Assembly (NCBI GenBank): GCA_026023565.1
Contig: JAPETS010000018.1
Coordinates: forward strand, 248,001-312,000
Length of the DNA stretch: 64,000 nt
Direction: 5' to 3'
DNA from: Cirrosporium novae-zelandiae
Lineage: Eukaryota
Positions within the stretch are counted from its first letter, which is position 1. The number at the start of each line of letters is the position of its first letter. Both the position numbers and the translations under genes were made by a program. This document shows positions 27,101 through 39,609 of this stretch, piece after piece. Under the pieces are notes generated by a model. The model searched no databases and had not been told where the DNA came from. It saw only the letters and a list, made by a program, of their open reading frames with translations.

Positions 27101-30100
27101 TAACCGTGACGAGGATGTCATCCTCAAGCTTCGCGAAGAAAACAAAGATGATATTCTCAAGGTAGTTTATACTGTCCTATCTCACAGCCGAATCGGTGCC
27201 AAGAACAATCTGATAATCGCGATTTTGGAAATGTACAAGCCAAACCAACCACATACCAACCACATGGCTAAATATTTCCGCCCATCTCTCAAGCGACTTG
27301 CCGATCTAGAATCTCGCTCGACGGCAAAGGTGGGTCTAAAGGCCAGAGAAGTTTTGATCCAATGTGCCCTTCCATCCTTGGAGGAGAGAACGGCGCAGAT
27401 GGAGCATATACTCCGAACATCAGTGGTTGAATCAAAATATGGGGAAACTGGTTGGGACCATCGGGAGCCTAATCTTGAGGTTATCAAGGAAGTGGTGGAT
27501 TCCAAATTCACCGTCTTTGACGTCCTTCCCATATTCTTTGCGCATCATGATCCATGGGTCGCATTAGCATCTCTTGAGGTCTATATTCGCAGAGCCTACC
27601 GAGCCTATAATCTCAAAGCAATTCAGTATCATTACGATCTCGAACCACCTTATATTATTGCATGGGATTTTGTTCTCCGCAAGATTGGCCAATCTGAGCT
27701 TGGGATGCCTCTCTCGTCTGCTTATCCTTCTCAACCAGCTACCCCGTCCCTTGATGGTGGGTCATATAAGAAAGTCAGCTCAATCAGCGACATGTCTTAC
27801 CTTATGCACCGAACTTCGGAAGAGCCAACCCGAAAAGGTGTTATAGTGCCTGTTCAATATCTGGATGAGGCTGAAGACAACTTGGGCCGAGCGTTGGAGG
27901 TATTCCCCGTTAGCGGTTCCAAGAAGAAGCGTCCTGTTGGCAATGGCTTGATGCCGCAATTAAATGGCAGCAGGAAACCTGTTCCACCACGTCTTGATAA
28001 TCTCGATGAGCTTACCGGAGTTGTGAACATTGCCGTAGGTGACGTGGAAGGTCTCGATGATAATGGTATCATTGCTCGAGTTCTGCCTCTAGTGAAAGAC
28101 TACGCAGAGGAACTTTTGTCTCGCAGGATTCGTCGAATGACCTTCATTTGCGGCCATAGGGATGGTCAGTATCCTGGGTATTTCACGTTCCGTGGGCCAA
28201 AATACGATGAAGATGTTAGCATTCGTCACATTGAGCCTGCCTTGGCCTTCCAACTCGAACTGGGCAGACTTTCCAACTTCAAGATTAAACCAGTATTCAC
28301 CGAGAACCGAAATATCCACGTCTACGAGGCTGTCGGTAAAGGACCCGAGAACGATAAGGCCGTTGACAAGCGATATTTCACCAGAGCTGTTGTTCGTGCA
28401 GGTCGTCTACGCGATGATATCCCCACCGCTGAATATCTCATCTCGGAAGCTGACCGCTTGATGAGTGATATCCTTGACGCTCTTGAGATCATTGGCAACA
28501 ACAATTCCGATCTAAACCACATATTCATCAATTTCTCTCCTGTTTTCCCTCTTGAGCCTCATGAGGTCGAGGAGGCTCTCGGTGGTTTCTTGGAACGTTT
28601 CGGCCGCAGGCTTTGGAGACTTCGTGTTACAGGTGCTGAAATTCGTATTATCTGCACAGATGCTGCCACTGGTGTCCCTTATCCTCTTCGTGTAGTCATC
28701 ACCAACACATCCGGATATATCATCCAGGTCGAGCTATATGCCGAGAGGAAATCAGAAAAGGGCGGAGAATGGATCTTCCAGAGCATTGGAGGAACCACGA
28801 AGATTGGACAATTGCATCTTCGATCGGTGTCAACCCCTTATCCCACCAAGGAATGGCTTCAACCAAAAAGATACAAGGCTCACATCATGGGCACCCAATA
28901 TGTATATGATTTTCCAGAACTCTTCCGACAGGCATTCCAGAATTCCTGGCAAAAGGCTGTCTCCAAGCATCCACATTTAGTTGACAAGCAACCCCCCGTT
29001 GGGGAATGTATCGAGTATTCTGAGCTCGTCCTTGATGATATGGATAATCTAGCTGAAGTGTCCCGTGAACCTGGTACCAACAACCATGGTATGGTTGCAT
29101 GGCTTATCACCGCAAAAACTCCCGAATATCCTCGCGGACGACGCTTCATTATTATTGCCAACGACATTACCTTCAAGATTGGGTCTTTTGGCCCCACTGA
29201 AGACAGGTTCTTTTATAAGTGCACAGAACTTGCCAGGAAGTTGGGTATTCCTCGAATATACTTGTCGGCTAATTCTGGTGCCCGTATCGGCATGGCCGAA
29301 GAACTGCTACCTCATTTCAAGGTTGCCTGGAATGACCCAGAAAACCCAGAGGCAGGTTTCAAGTACCTGTACTTGACCCCCGAGCTGAAAGATAGGTTCG
29401 AGACAGAACATAAGAAAGACGTTATTACCGAAAAGGTTATGGAAGATGGTGAGGAGCGCTACAAGATCGTCACCATCATCGGCAGCGAAGACGGCCTTGG
29501 TGTGGAATGTCTTAAAGGTTCCGGTCTCATTGCTGGAGCAACCTCAAAGGCTTACGAAGATATTTTTACGATTACTTTGGTAACTTGCCGATCTGTCGGT
29601 ATTGGTGCCTATCTCGTTCGTCTTGGTCAACGTGCCATTCAAGTCGAAGGCCAACCGATCATCTTGACCGGTGCTCCCGCCATCAATAAACTCCTTGGGC
29701 GTGAAGTATACTCATCAAATCTGCAACTCGGCGGTACTCAGATCATGTACAGGAATGGTGTTTCTCATATGACAGCTAGCGATGATTTCGATGGAGTTTC
29801 AAAGATTGTCGACTGGATGTCCTTTGTTCCTGACAAGAAAAGCTCGCCTGTTCCCGTCTTCCCATCATCCGATTCTTGGGATCGTGACATTGCATACTTC
29901 CCTCCTCAGAGACAACCTTATGATGTCAGATGGATGATTGCTGGCAAGGAAGATGACGAAGGTTTCCTTTCTGGGCTTTTTGACAAAGACTCATGGCAAG
30001 AATCGCTCGGAGGCTGGGCTCAAACTATTGTCACTGGACGTGCTCGCCTTGGAGGCATCCCTATCGGTGTTATTGCTGTAGAGTCCCGATCAGTTGAAAA

Positions 30101-31161
30101 CGTTACTCCAGCTGACCCAGCCAACCCGGATTCCATGGAACAAGTTACCCTCGAGGCTGGTGGTGTCTGGTATCCAAATTCGGCTTTCAAGACCGCTCAA
30201 GCTCTTAGGGATTTCAACTATGGAGAGCAACTTCCTGTCATGATCCTGGCTAACTGGAGAGGGTTCTCTGGTGGTCAACGTGATATGTACAATGAAGTTC
30301 TCAAATATGGTTCTTACATTGTCGATGCTTTGGTTAAATATGAGAAGCCAATCTTCGTTTATATTCCTCCCTTTGGTGAACTTCGTGGTGGTTCATGGGT
30401 AAGTCATCCATCGCTGTAATGTCAATAACCTGGTAACTAATTCTTAATAGGTCGTCGTCGATCCAACAATCAACCCCGAGTGCATGGAGATGTATGCGGA
30501 CGAAGATGCTCGTGGCGGTGTCCTTGAACCCGAGGGCATTGTCGGCATCAAGTACCGACGTGATAAACAACTCAGCACTATGGCTAGACTTGATCCTACT
30601 TACGGGGAACTTAGTCGTCAACTCTCCGACAAGAGCCTCAGCCAAGACCAACTATCGGATATCAAAGTCAAGATGACCGAAAGAGAACAACTACTGCTAC
30701 CCGTGTACACCCAGGTTGCCCTTCAGTTCGCTGACCTTCACGATCGTGCGGGACGTATGAAGGCCAAGGACACCATTCGTCAAGCCCTGAAATGGCAAAA
30801 CGCAAGGCGCTTCTTTTATTGGCGTTTAAGAAGAAGATTAAGTGAGGAGCTTATCTTGAAGAGGATGGCGGCTCCTACAAAGGGGCCCTCTTCCAGAGCT
30901 CGTTCTCTATCACTACTACAGGCCTGGACAGGCATTTCTGATTTCGAGAATGATGATCGAGCTGTTGCCACCTGGTATGAGGAGAACAAGAAGGCCATCA
31001 CCCAGAACCTGGATAAGATGAAGGTAGAGAGTGTTGCTTATGAAGTTGCAACTTTGCTCTCGAGCAATAAAGAGGGTGGCCTTAAAGGAGTGAAGCAAAT
31101 CTTGGATATGCTTCCCGTCGAGGATAAGGAAAGCGTGCTTAAGATGCTGAGTGCACCTTGA
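24157..31161 (+). CDS. ACC1: Acetyl-CoA carboxylase (multidomain BC-BCCP-CT)
   Basis: [37 protein letters not shown]; biotinylation motif EVMKM; Snf1-type site [12 protein letters not shown] motifs ANSGARIG and [13 protein letters not shown]. Introns 24340-24400, 24667-24718, 30399-30450. Confidence 0.99.
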
Positions 31162-31857
31162 TTGGGATCGGGGTATATTAAATCAAAAATTTTGCGTTCC
31201 TGGTGGATGAACTGTGGGCGACGTGAGGACCCAGCATGATGGACTTTATTCTGGTTCCTCTAATTCGGAGTTTACGCGATTAGGGCTATAGCTCTTAATA
31301 TTTCTTGTAAAGCAGTTTTTCTCGCCATTTCCAAGCATGACTACGTCTGAGCATGTTTGATGTGACTGGGTATGTGTTGATTGATGTTGACGGTTGACGG
31401 TTGACGGCCTTTTGATTTCTACTCTTTAGAAATTTCCTGCTCATTACAATACACAAAATAGAGTTTTAGATAATATAAAATCCAATTATATCCAAACTTC
31501 AATTTACTTGGACTGAATTACCAGTCTCATAAAGGTCAGTCTCGGAGAACAGGGAGAATAGGCTAGCGTCGTAATCATAGATGGTGTGGATGTGAGTGGT
31601 TGATAAACATCAGGGACATATGCAAACGCTGCAAACATCAAGTAAAAAATGGTGACGTTCGACAATAATTCCCTAAAGATATCCGGGGAGGCATTCAGAG
31701 GAGAAAATAGAAAGGAGAAAGGCTCTGTGAAAGCAGCTGAAGCGGTGACTCCTGTTTACAATACACCCCATTGATCATTTTCCCCTGGAGCATCATAACC
31801 TCTCATTTCCCTATACCATCCGATCCGATCCATTCGATTCCTTTGACCACCACCACC

Positions 31858-33134
31858 ATGTCCTCGAAGCGTATTATTTGCCAGAGCTGCCTACGCTCCC
31901 TACGCCAGCAATGGCAACCGTCAAAAGTACGTTAATTTCCTCATCCCCAGTTCTCCCAATTGAAGCCAAAGAAGAAGACGAGAAAAAAAATTAACGTTTT
32001 TCACATAGTCTTACATAACTCCCCTCCTCCGCCAAAGCTCAACATCATCCCAAATCTCTACTCCGAAACACTCACCCAAACGGTCCAAGAATTCCTCTCC
32101 ACCCTCTCCATCTGTCACACCAGTCCCCCCTCCTCCTCCCTCTTCTACCACCGCCACCGCCGAACCCCCCTCTCCCGCACCAACCTCGGAGGCGCAACAC
32201 CCTAATGTCCTAAAAATCGCTAAGCGCTTAAGAAAAACATTAGGGACGCAGGCAACGGAAACGTATGCGGCGTATGGTTCCACGCAGCGCATGGTGAAGA
32301 CGTGTATAGAAGCGGGCAACTATACGATTCCGCAGCGGGTGGACGCGGAGAGGAAAGAGAGGGGGGAGGCGGTGCCGATGACGGAGAAAGGGGAGGAGAT
32401 TGGAGTTCCTCTGGATAGCAAGAGCTGGTGGTTCAATGGTAAGTTTTGAAGGCTCCGAACATGATGTTTGGGTTGGGTGCGATGCGGGCATGCATACATA
32501 CATGCATACAAAATATACAACCCGCCCATGTCCCACCCCACCTACCTCACCCCATACCCCACCCATCCCACTCCACAACCCCCCCACCAACACCCCCACC
32601 AACACCCCCACTAATACCCGCTTAGAAGCCAACCTCCCCCCCACATTCGCAACCTGGACCCAAATCTCCTTCCTGCACCTACACCTCCTAACCGTGCGCC
32701 TACGGGCCTTCCCCCCCGCCCACGCCCCAACCTGGCACCAACACCTCCTAAACCACTTCTTCTTCCTCGCCGAAGAGCGCATGCAAACCCAACACGGCAT
32801 GAGCGCCCGGGGCGTCCGGCACAAATACCTAAAAGACATGTACCTACAATGGCGTGGGGTGATTCTGGCATATGATGAGGGATTGGTGCGCGGGGATGCG
32901 TGGCTGGCGAGTGCGGTTTGGAGGAATTTGTTTCGAGGGGAGGAGAATGTGGATTTGAGGAGGGTGGGGGAGGTGGTGGAGTGGATGCGCAGGGGGTGGA
33001 GGGCGTTGGAAAGGTTGGATGATGTGGATGTTGCTGGGGGTGGGGTCGTGTTTGGGGAGCCGGGGGTTAGGGGGGGGAGGGCGGCTAGTGTGGATGCGAG
33101 TGTGGATGCGAGTGTGGGCGAGGGGAAGGCGTAG
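31858..33134 (+). CDS. CBP3: Ubiquinol-cytochrome c reductase assembly chaperone Cbp3 (UQCC1)
   Basis: Presequence-like MSSKRIICQSCLRSLRQQWQPSK; introns 31927-32008 and 32439-~32625; TETYAAYGST; LPPTFATWTQISFLHLHLLTVRLR; QWRGVILAYDEGLVRGDAWLASAVWRNLF. Confidence 0.93.
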
Positions 33135-33179
33135 TTGGGGGGATTGGATTGTAGTATATACCTTGATACCTTGACATAG

Positions 33180-33785
33180 TACATAAATGCACACACACAC
33201 ACGAAAAAACCCCCGGGAAAAAAGAAAAATAAGAACTACGTATTTGATATGTACAATAGATATATTCATTCATTCATACATAAATAAATGAAATAAACAA
33301 AATCATAGAATTCATGTACATGTACATGTACCTATACACAACACATTACAAGATCTTATAAATAATAATAATAAAAGCTTTTAAAAGACTAACCAATTTT
33401 CTTTTCTTTTCTTTTCCTCGATAATGTTTTTTTTCTCTCTCTTTTTCTCTCTGCGTGCACAATGAATATGGAATGAATAGAATGGAATAAGAATAGGAAT
33501 AGGAATAGGATAGGAATAGGGATTAGTACATCTACCATTTCATCATCGTTGTCATTGTCGTTGTCATTCTCATTCTTATTCATATTACGAGAACGCTGAC
33601 ACCAGTGTGTGTATACCTATATATATGTACTCGCCATGTACATGTCCTTCTTCCTCCTCTTCCTCTTCTGCCATCCCATAAACTGAAAAGATACGGAACT
33701 AAAATTAAAAACAAAAACCCGAAAAAACTATTTAAAAAAATGAACGCAATATCCATAATCATAATAATCATGAATAAAAAAAACA
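33180..33785. repeat. AT-rich low-complexity / microsatellite-rich intergenic region between the convergent CBP3 and LAP2 3' ends
   Basis: (CA)n, (CATT)n, (CATGTA)n, (GAATAG)n, (CATTGT/CGTTGT)n and poly-A/T runs seen directly. Confidence 0.75.
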
Positions 33786-36125
33786 TCAATCCTTCCTGCC
33801 AAACAAGTCCTTCTCAACTGCTGCTTTGCAGATGGGATGGTAGTAATCTTTATATTTTTCAAAGGTTTTGATAGCTAGGTCGCGGTTGAGATCGTTTAGG
33901 GCGCGGTAGCTTTTTTTGGCGGTGTTAGTATTATTTCATTATCGTGTGTATAAGGAATAAAAAGAGGAAGAAGGAAGGGAAATACTAACAGCGGTCTAAC
34001 AAACTTCATCCTGCCCACCCATGAGAGCAAATCCACAACCCCCGCTTCCACCCCCCGATACCCCGCCCTCAGCGCGACCACATAATACCTCGAGCTAAGT
34101 TCGACGTTTTTACTTTTTGGGAAGCCATAGACGTTGCCCATGAGGGCCACGAGATCTGTTCGGAGCGGAGAGGACCAGGATTGGATTTTCTCCAGAAAGA
34201 CGACGAGTTGGTTTGCGCGTAGGGAGGAGATGTCAGATGGGGAGGGGGTAAATTGGTTTGAACCTGAGGAGTCGATGGAGAGGGAGTGCCATTTATCCGC
34301 TAGGGCGTAGCACACGTCTACGAGGGAGGTGTCGAAGGTTGGTTTTGGGGGGAGGCCCGGGTTGTAGAACCAGGAGTCCCAGTTTAGGGACGTCAGTTTT
34401 TTGGTGGCGTCTTGGTCGTTTGCGAAAAATTTGAGGAGGGTCGATTTGAAGTCGTACGAGTCGAGAGAACGGCAGGCGAACTTGGTGAAGTAGTAGGGGA
34501 TGAATTTGTCGAATTTAGGTTGTGTGAGTAGCGTTTCCAGGTGATATAGGAAGATGAAGCCTTTTTCGTATGGGATCGAGGAGAAGGCGTCGTCTGGGTC
34601 TTTTCCCTTGAGGTTGATGACCAGTTTGGTGAATTCGTGCGTTGGGCCGAACAGGTTGATGGAGTCTTCGAGAGCTTTCCAGCCAATGATGGCACTAAAG
34701 TCTCGGTAGCTATCTGAGCCGTGAACAGAAGCTTGGATGCGCCGTTCTAGATAGGTCGTCCAGCCCTCGTTGAGCCAGAAGTGCTCCCAGCTTGCGTTAG
34801 AAACAAGATTTCCCGACCAGGAGTGCGAGAGTTCGTGGGCGATGACGTCGACGTTTTCGCGGTCACCAGATATGATCGTGGGAGTTGCGAAGGTGAAGTT
34901 GGGGTTTTCCATCCCCCCGTACGGGAACGAAGGAGGGAGAATGAGGGCATTGTAGGTTGTCCATGCGTAGGGAGTGACAATTTTCTGAACAGGAGTTAGT
35001 ATCTCGGGTGATGGTGGAGAGAGAGAACAAAAATACTTCGGCTGCTTCCATAAAGGTCTCCATGTCACGCTCAAGTTCCCATTTGGACTCGAGGAGCTCC
35101 TCAGGGCCTGTAGCGACTACACTCCGAGGGCCAATAGATGCAGTTGCAATGTCTCTGCATGTAATTAATTTTGAGTTACATATCGGTTCCCGAAGCTGGA
35201 CTAGCTCATATAATATCACTTACCCGCTGGCAATGGCAAACAAATAACTCGGAATCGGGATTTCCTGTTTAAAGGTATAGAGCAATGTTCCCGGCTTTCC
35301 ATGTTCGCCTTTCTTAAACTCGTGGGTTCCAGTAGGAAGACCACTAGCAATGACAGGCAATGGAGAGCGAATTCTAAACTTAAATGTCGACTTCACGTCG
35401 GGTGTATCCTGACAGGGAAACAAAGAACGGGCATGAATAGCTTGACATTGAGAAACTTGAAACAGGGAGGAAGTTCAGTAAAGGCGATGCAAGTGGAGAA
35501 AAGAGACGAGGGAATGAATGGAATTAGCAAGGCTTACACATATAAGGATGTTTTTTATTGGATGTCTGAGCTGAAGTCATCCACTGCAGGGCGGTACACT
35601 TTTGAGTTGTCTGAACTTGAATCTATAACGCAGATGAATGAATATATGACCAAAAAAAAAAAGATAGAAAATTAAACAAACATTAACATCAACCTCTCTT
35701 CCCATCTCGACGCCTTCTTGCAGTTGAATTTTAACAGCACTGCCATAGGGTTCGACTCTGTCTAGGATATGAAACCCTTGTGGCTTCTGTCCATCAACTT
35801 CAACCTTAAAGACGTCGAGATAGCTGGAGTCCAACAAAATCTCCTTTGTTTCAGCATTGGTAATTGACTTCAACCTCAACAAAACATCACCAGTTAATAG
35901 TTTTTGGTCGAAATCAATACTGAAATCTACAGTGGTATGGGTGGTGAGCCAATGATTGTAATTGGAAAGGGTATTGGGATCCCGAGGGGGGTGGATGGTG
36001 GCTGATGAGGTGGCCATTGCTATGGTACGAGCACTACCTGGACGGATCTTTGATGGATGAAATAAAGGTACGGGGATACTTTGAGTTGATAAAGGAAAGG
36101 ATCGAATAAGAGAGCGTCCAAACAT
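33786..36125 (-). CDS. LAP2: Leukotriene A4 hydrolase / M1 aminopeptidase Lap2 (second in-frame ATG at 36017)
   Basis: [30 protein letters not shown]; zinc motif [25 protein letters not shown] (HEXXH-18-E); [18 protein letters not shown]; last exon ends [18 protein letters not shown]. Confidence 0.96.
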
Positions 36126-36633
36126 GGGGAGTTTTGGTGGTTGGCGGTTTCCCGCTCTTAAAACTTCAGGCGGTGGCATTCAAGGCATTCAAGGCAATTC
36201 GCAATTCGGGAGTCTGTTTAGCAGAGAAAGGTTGCACGCAGCTCGCTTGCTTATACGAGAGATCTTTCCTTTAATCCCCCCTTCCCCCCATCAATATTCC
36301 TTAATCCGTTAATCGAATCCTTTATAATTAAAAAAAAAAACATGAATTCAAATTCATCTATGGAATATATCTTCGGACATTTTATCTATGTATATATTGT
36401 CTGTATTTTATTTAACCTTTGTTTATGTATTTTTTAAATTCAACATTGTTTCCCATCGGTCTTCCTACTGTACATTCAAGTACTCAAACATGTCTTAACC
36501 TTTAATATCTCTCTCAAAAGTCTGTAATGAGTAGATCTCACTATTTATCTTCTACCTCTTCCCTTTTATCTTTTGCCGATTTCTGATTTGTGATTTCTCA
36601 TTATTTCTATCCTCAAGTCATTTCGACGTCTCA

Positions 36634-37026
36634 ATGCCAGACCTCAAAGATTCCGTCGAGACCAGCCAAGTAATATCTTGGATCAAGATCGACTACGATG
36701 CCAGCCTCTCATGGAAACATACTGAGGAGGATTGGGTGGATATCGATGAGGCCGATTACAAAGCCTGGGACTACAAGGATGATGGAGTTGAGATCCTAAG
36801 ACAACGAGACGCTCTTATTCAGAAATCTCAACCCCCTAATAAACGAACTTTTAAATCGGACAAGGCGAGGACTGGTAACACATTGGATCACAAGGCACTC
36901 GAATATCCAGGAAGTGGGGGGATATGGGTCAAGATCCATAAAACAACGCATAGAAGAGACCTGAAAGATACAAATACACCTGTTCAAGATAAAAAGACGA
37001 CTATACCTGTGTCTTCCCCCTCCTAG
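36634..37026 (+). CDS. Hypothetical 130-aa protein with no recognisable family
   Basis: ATG-initiated ORF after a pyrimidine-rich leader; GC rises relative to the AT-rich upstream region; acidic/Trp-rich N-half and basic C-half. Confidence 0.4.
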   Translation: MPDLKDSVETSQVISWIKIDYDASLSWKHTEEDWVDIDEADYKAWDYKDDGVEILRQRDALIQKSQPPNKRTFKSDKARTGNTLDHKALEYPGSGGIWVKIHKTTHRRDLKDTNTPVQDKKTTIPVSSPS

Positions 37027-37953
37027 AAAAGCGTCGCTATAGCCCTATGCCGATATAAATGGATTCATCGTTTATCTACGAAGACGCAAACAAATTTATA
37101 AAGATTTTTGGAGGATATTATTCATTAAGAGGATCCAGCGCAGGTTCGGTTAGAAGGGAGGTTAGCGGGTTAACTTGAAACTGCGAATGCTGTCATTAAA
37201 TAATGATGGGATGGCGCAAACTGTAGGGTTTAATTCAAAGCATGGTGGTAATTCGAATCCAAAGTTGTACAGATCTCAAGCCCCTTTACCTAATACACCT
37301 AAGTAGGTGGCAACAGCCCTAGACTTTGACATTGTGCTTGAAATCTAGTGTAGCCAGAACACGTACCAAATATTTTTTAATGTTTAGACTTGTACAAGAA
37401 AATCATATCTTATGAAAATCACCCACAAGAGGCGCTCCCCTCGCACTAGGACTCTGGTCAAATCGCCTGTACTCACTGGGCATTCGACTCCATGGAACCA
37501 CTCGAGCTAGAAGAATCATTGCCAAGTGCTTGTTTAAAAAAGGAAACAGTTCGAATTGAAAACTCTAAAATGGCATATTGTTACACATTGAAGTTTGCTA
37601 AATACCATGAAAGAAAGGCTATGTTGCAAGCTGAAATGCTGATGGATTCCAAGTTATGTCATGTTAGCAAAGCTATTCCAATGAACTGGGCCAGAACCTC
37701 GGGAGCTAGTCTGTTTGGTGACTCCAGCACCTGAATCATGCCCGAGGTTCGTAAATAGGACGTTAGTTTAAGGGATTCATCGAATATTACGTTAATCATA
37801 AACAATTTTCTTTGCTAAACTGCCCAAAGTTATCAACTTGGCAACATGGCAGTAGTGAATAATAGGAACAGCGGGTATCATATACTCTCATGAGTCCATT
37901 CCAGCCAGCCCTTAGAACGCCCGAGGCATAGAGACCATCTAAAACCCATATGT

Positions 37954-38938
37954 TTACCGGATCGAAGAGAGAGTATCATAGGTTTGAGGAAGAATCTTTA
38001 ACGTCTCCATGGTGTGCTCTCGCAAGGTCAGATACTTGTCAAGCTCATTGGGATCACGCAATATGGCAGCAATGTCACCCCTATGTGTAGCTTTAAGATT
38101 CTAGACGCCAAGTGAGTATACCACATTCGTCAGAATACCCTAGCAACTTACCTTTTTGATGACTTCATATTCGTCTTCCTTGACCTTGTAGTCACGCATT
38201 ACTTCTTCAGTCTCGAAATCGATGTATACCCTTGTATCTCGTTGCCTGATGATAACACCATCCAATCGAAGAGCAAATCGCATCAGTAGCAGCATGCGTT
38301 GATCCATCACTCGCACCTTGACACTCAGCATTGACATGCCGTTATCTGCGAGCTCATCTTCGTAAAGAGGGACTTCATGAAAAAACCTGATTGTATCGTT
38401 ATTGGAGAGAAGATGCGTCGGAATCTTAGGTGCAGTGCTATCATTCAGTGCATCGTATGTGATAAATCTAGGAACTTCTGATAGCATGGTGCCTTTGTAA
38501 TCACTCGTATATGACCAGTCGAAAGGCTTGACGACCTTTGAGATGCCTTCATGAGTGGTTTCTCTGTCCAAAGTTAGTATATTCTAGGGTGTCGGGTATT
38601 CTTGATCTCAGATCATACACCCACCTACTCTTTTTCCAATCCTCGGAATGAGCAACTTGTAGCATTTTCTCTCCTGTTTTATCCACGCTATCAAGGGCAT
38701 CAAATGAGTTGAAGGTCATACCCCATCCATTCTTATGTTGGATGGTGAGTTGATTATCGCCAAAGATCATCTCTGGAGGTGCAATGCCGAGCTTTTCTGT
38801 CATTTCTTCAATAGGGCGGGCCTTCAGGATAGGCATATTGGTTGCCCATATCCTGAAGTTTCCCATAGTAATTCCGCGTGTCATGTCGGTTTTGTCTTTA
38901 GGATAATGTGAAGGTTGGAAAGTTGTAGGAGTCGCCAT
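37954..38938 (-). CDS. TIP41: PP2A regulator Tip41 (TIPRL)
   Basis: LGIAPPEMIFGDN; FNSFDALD; VVKPFDWSYTSDYKGT; LYEDELADNGMSMLSVKVRVM; LRLDGVIIRQRDTRVY; two introns. Confidence 0.96.
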
Positions 38939-39609
38939 TTTGACTATATAAGCGTGAATAATTACCTAGGTATTGGCAAATTCCGATTAATTGTGATGGG
39001 GAAGAGCTCTCTGTAAGGTTACGTTCCTGCCTGATTGTGTTCGCCGTTGTACAGTACAAATGCTATATGTTTTACCCCTCCGATTTGGAATACTTCGTCA
39101 TTCTAAAGTTACAGTAGGGCTTAGCTTTTTAGCTTCGGCATATCGGCATATCGGACACATCGGACAGTAACCCCCTCATGTCCCTCACGCCCCTGCCCCT
39201 GTGTGGTAAAGCTTGGGTCGCAATAAGATACCTAGGTATGTACGCAACGCAAATCATCCACTCATAAGAACCATTAACTTACAGTTGAGATTTACGCAAC
39301 TATAGGATAATACTAACTCACTTCATGTCATTGAAATTAAATGGTTTATTGCCCTATGTAGGCCAAAAGACATTAAGCGAAAACGAATCGGAGGCGATCT
39401 AAAGTCAAGAAGGGTAAAAAGTAAAAAAAGCAAGGCAAAATCCAAGGCCCGTTGCTCCTAGCAACTACCAAATGTTTAGTAAACTTGGCTCTAGCTTTTA
39501 GTTAACCTCCGGATTCTCCAACCTTTCTCAACTCCATGAATCAATAACAAGACACTACATTCGCTATTCCACCCCCCTTGAGTTTGCATCAATCCCACTT
39601 TATACAACA

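Noticed and set aside
31159..31200. Stop-codon readthrough to a cryptic peroxisomal signal (ACC1 and other enzymes)
   Set aside because: None of the stops I checked has the TGA-CTA context; I did not translate every downstream frame for a PTS1.
32240..33269. 320-aa and 141-aa antisense ORFs over CBP3
   Set aside because: Explained by extreme G/C skew depleting stop codons; the products are low-complexity.
37210..37265. TTCGAATCC, a tRNA T-loop-like motif
   Set aside because: No T-stem, acceptor stem or A-box around it.
37492..37734. 80-aa ATG ORF
   Set aside because: No motif, splice or compositional support; this length is expected by chance.
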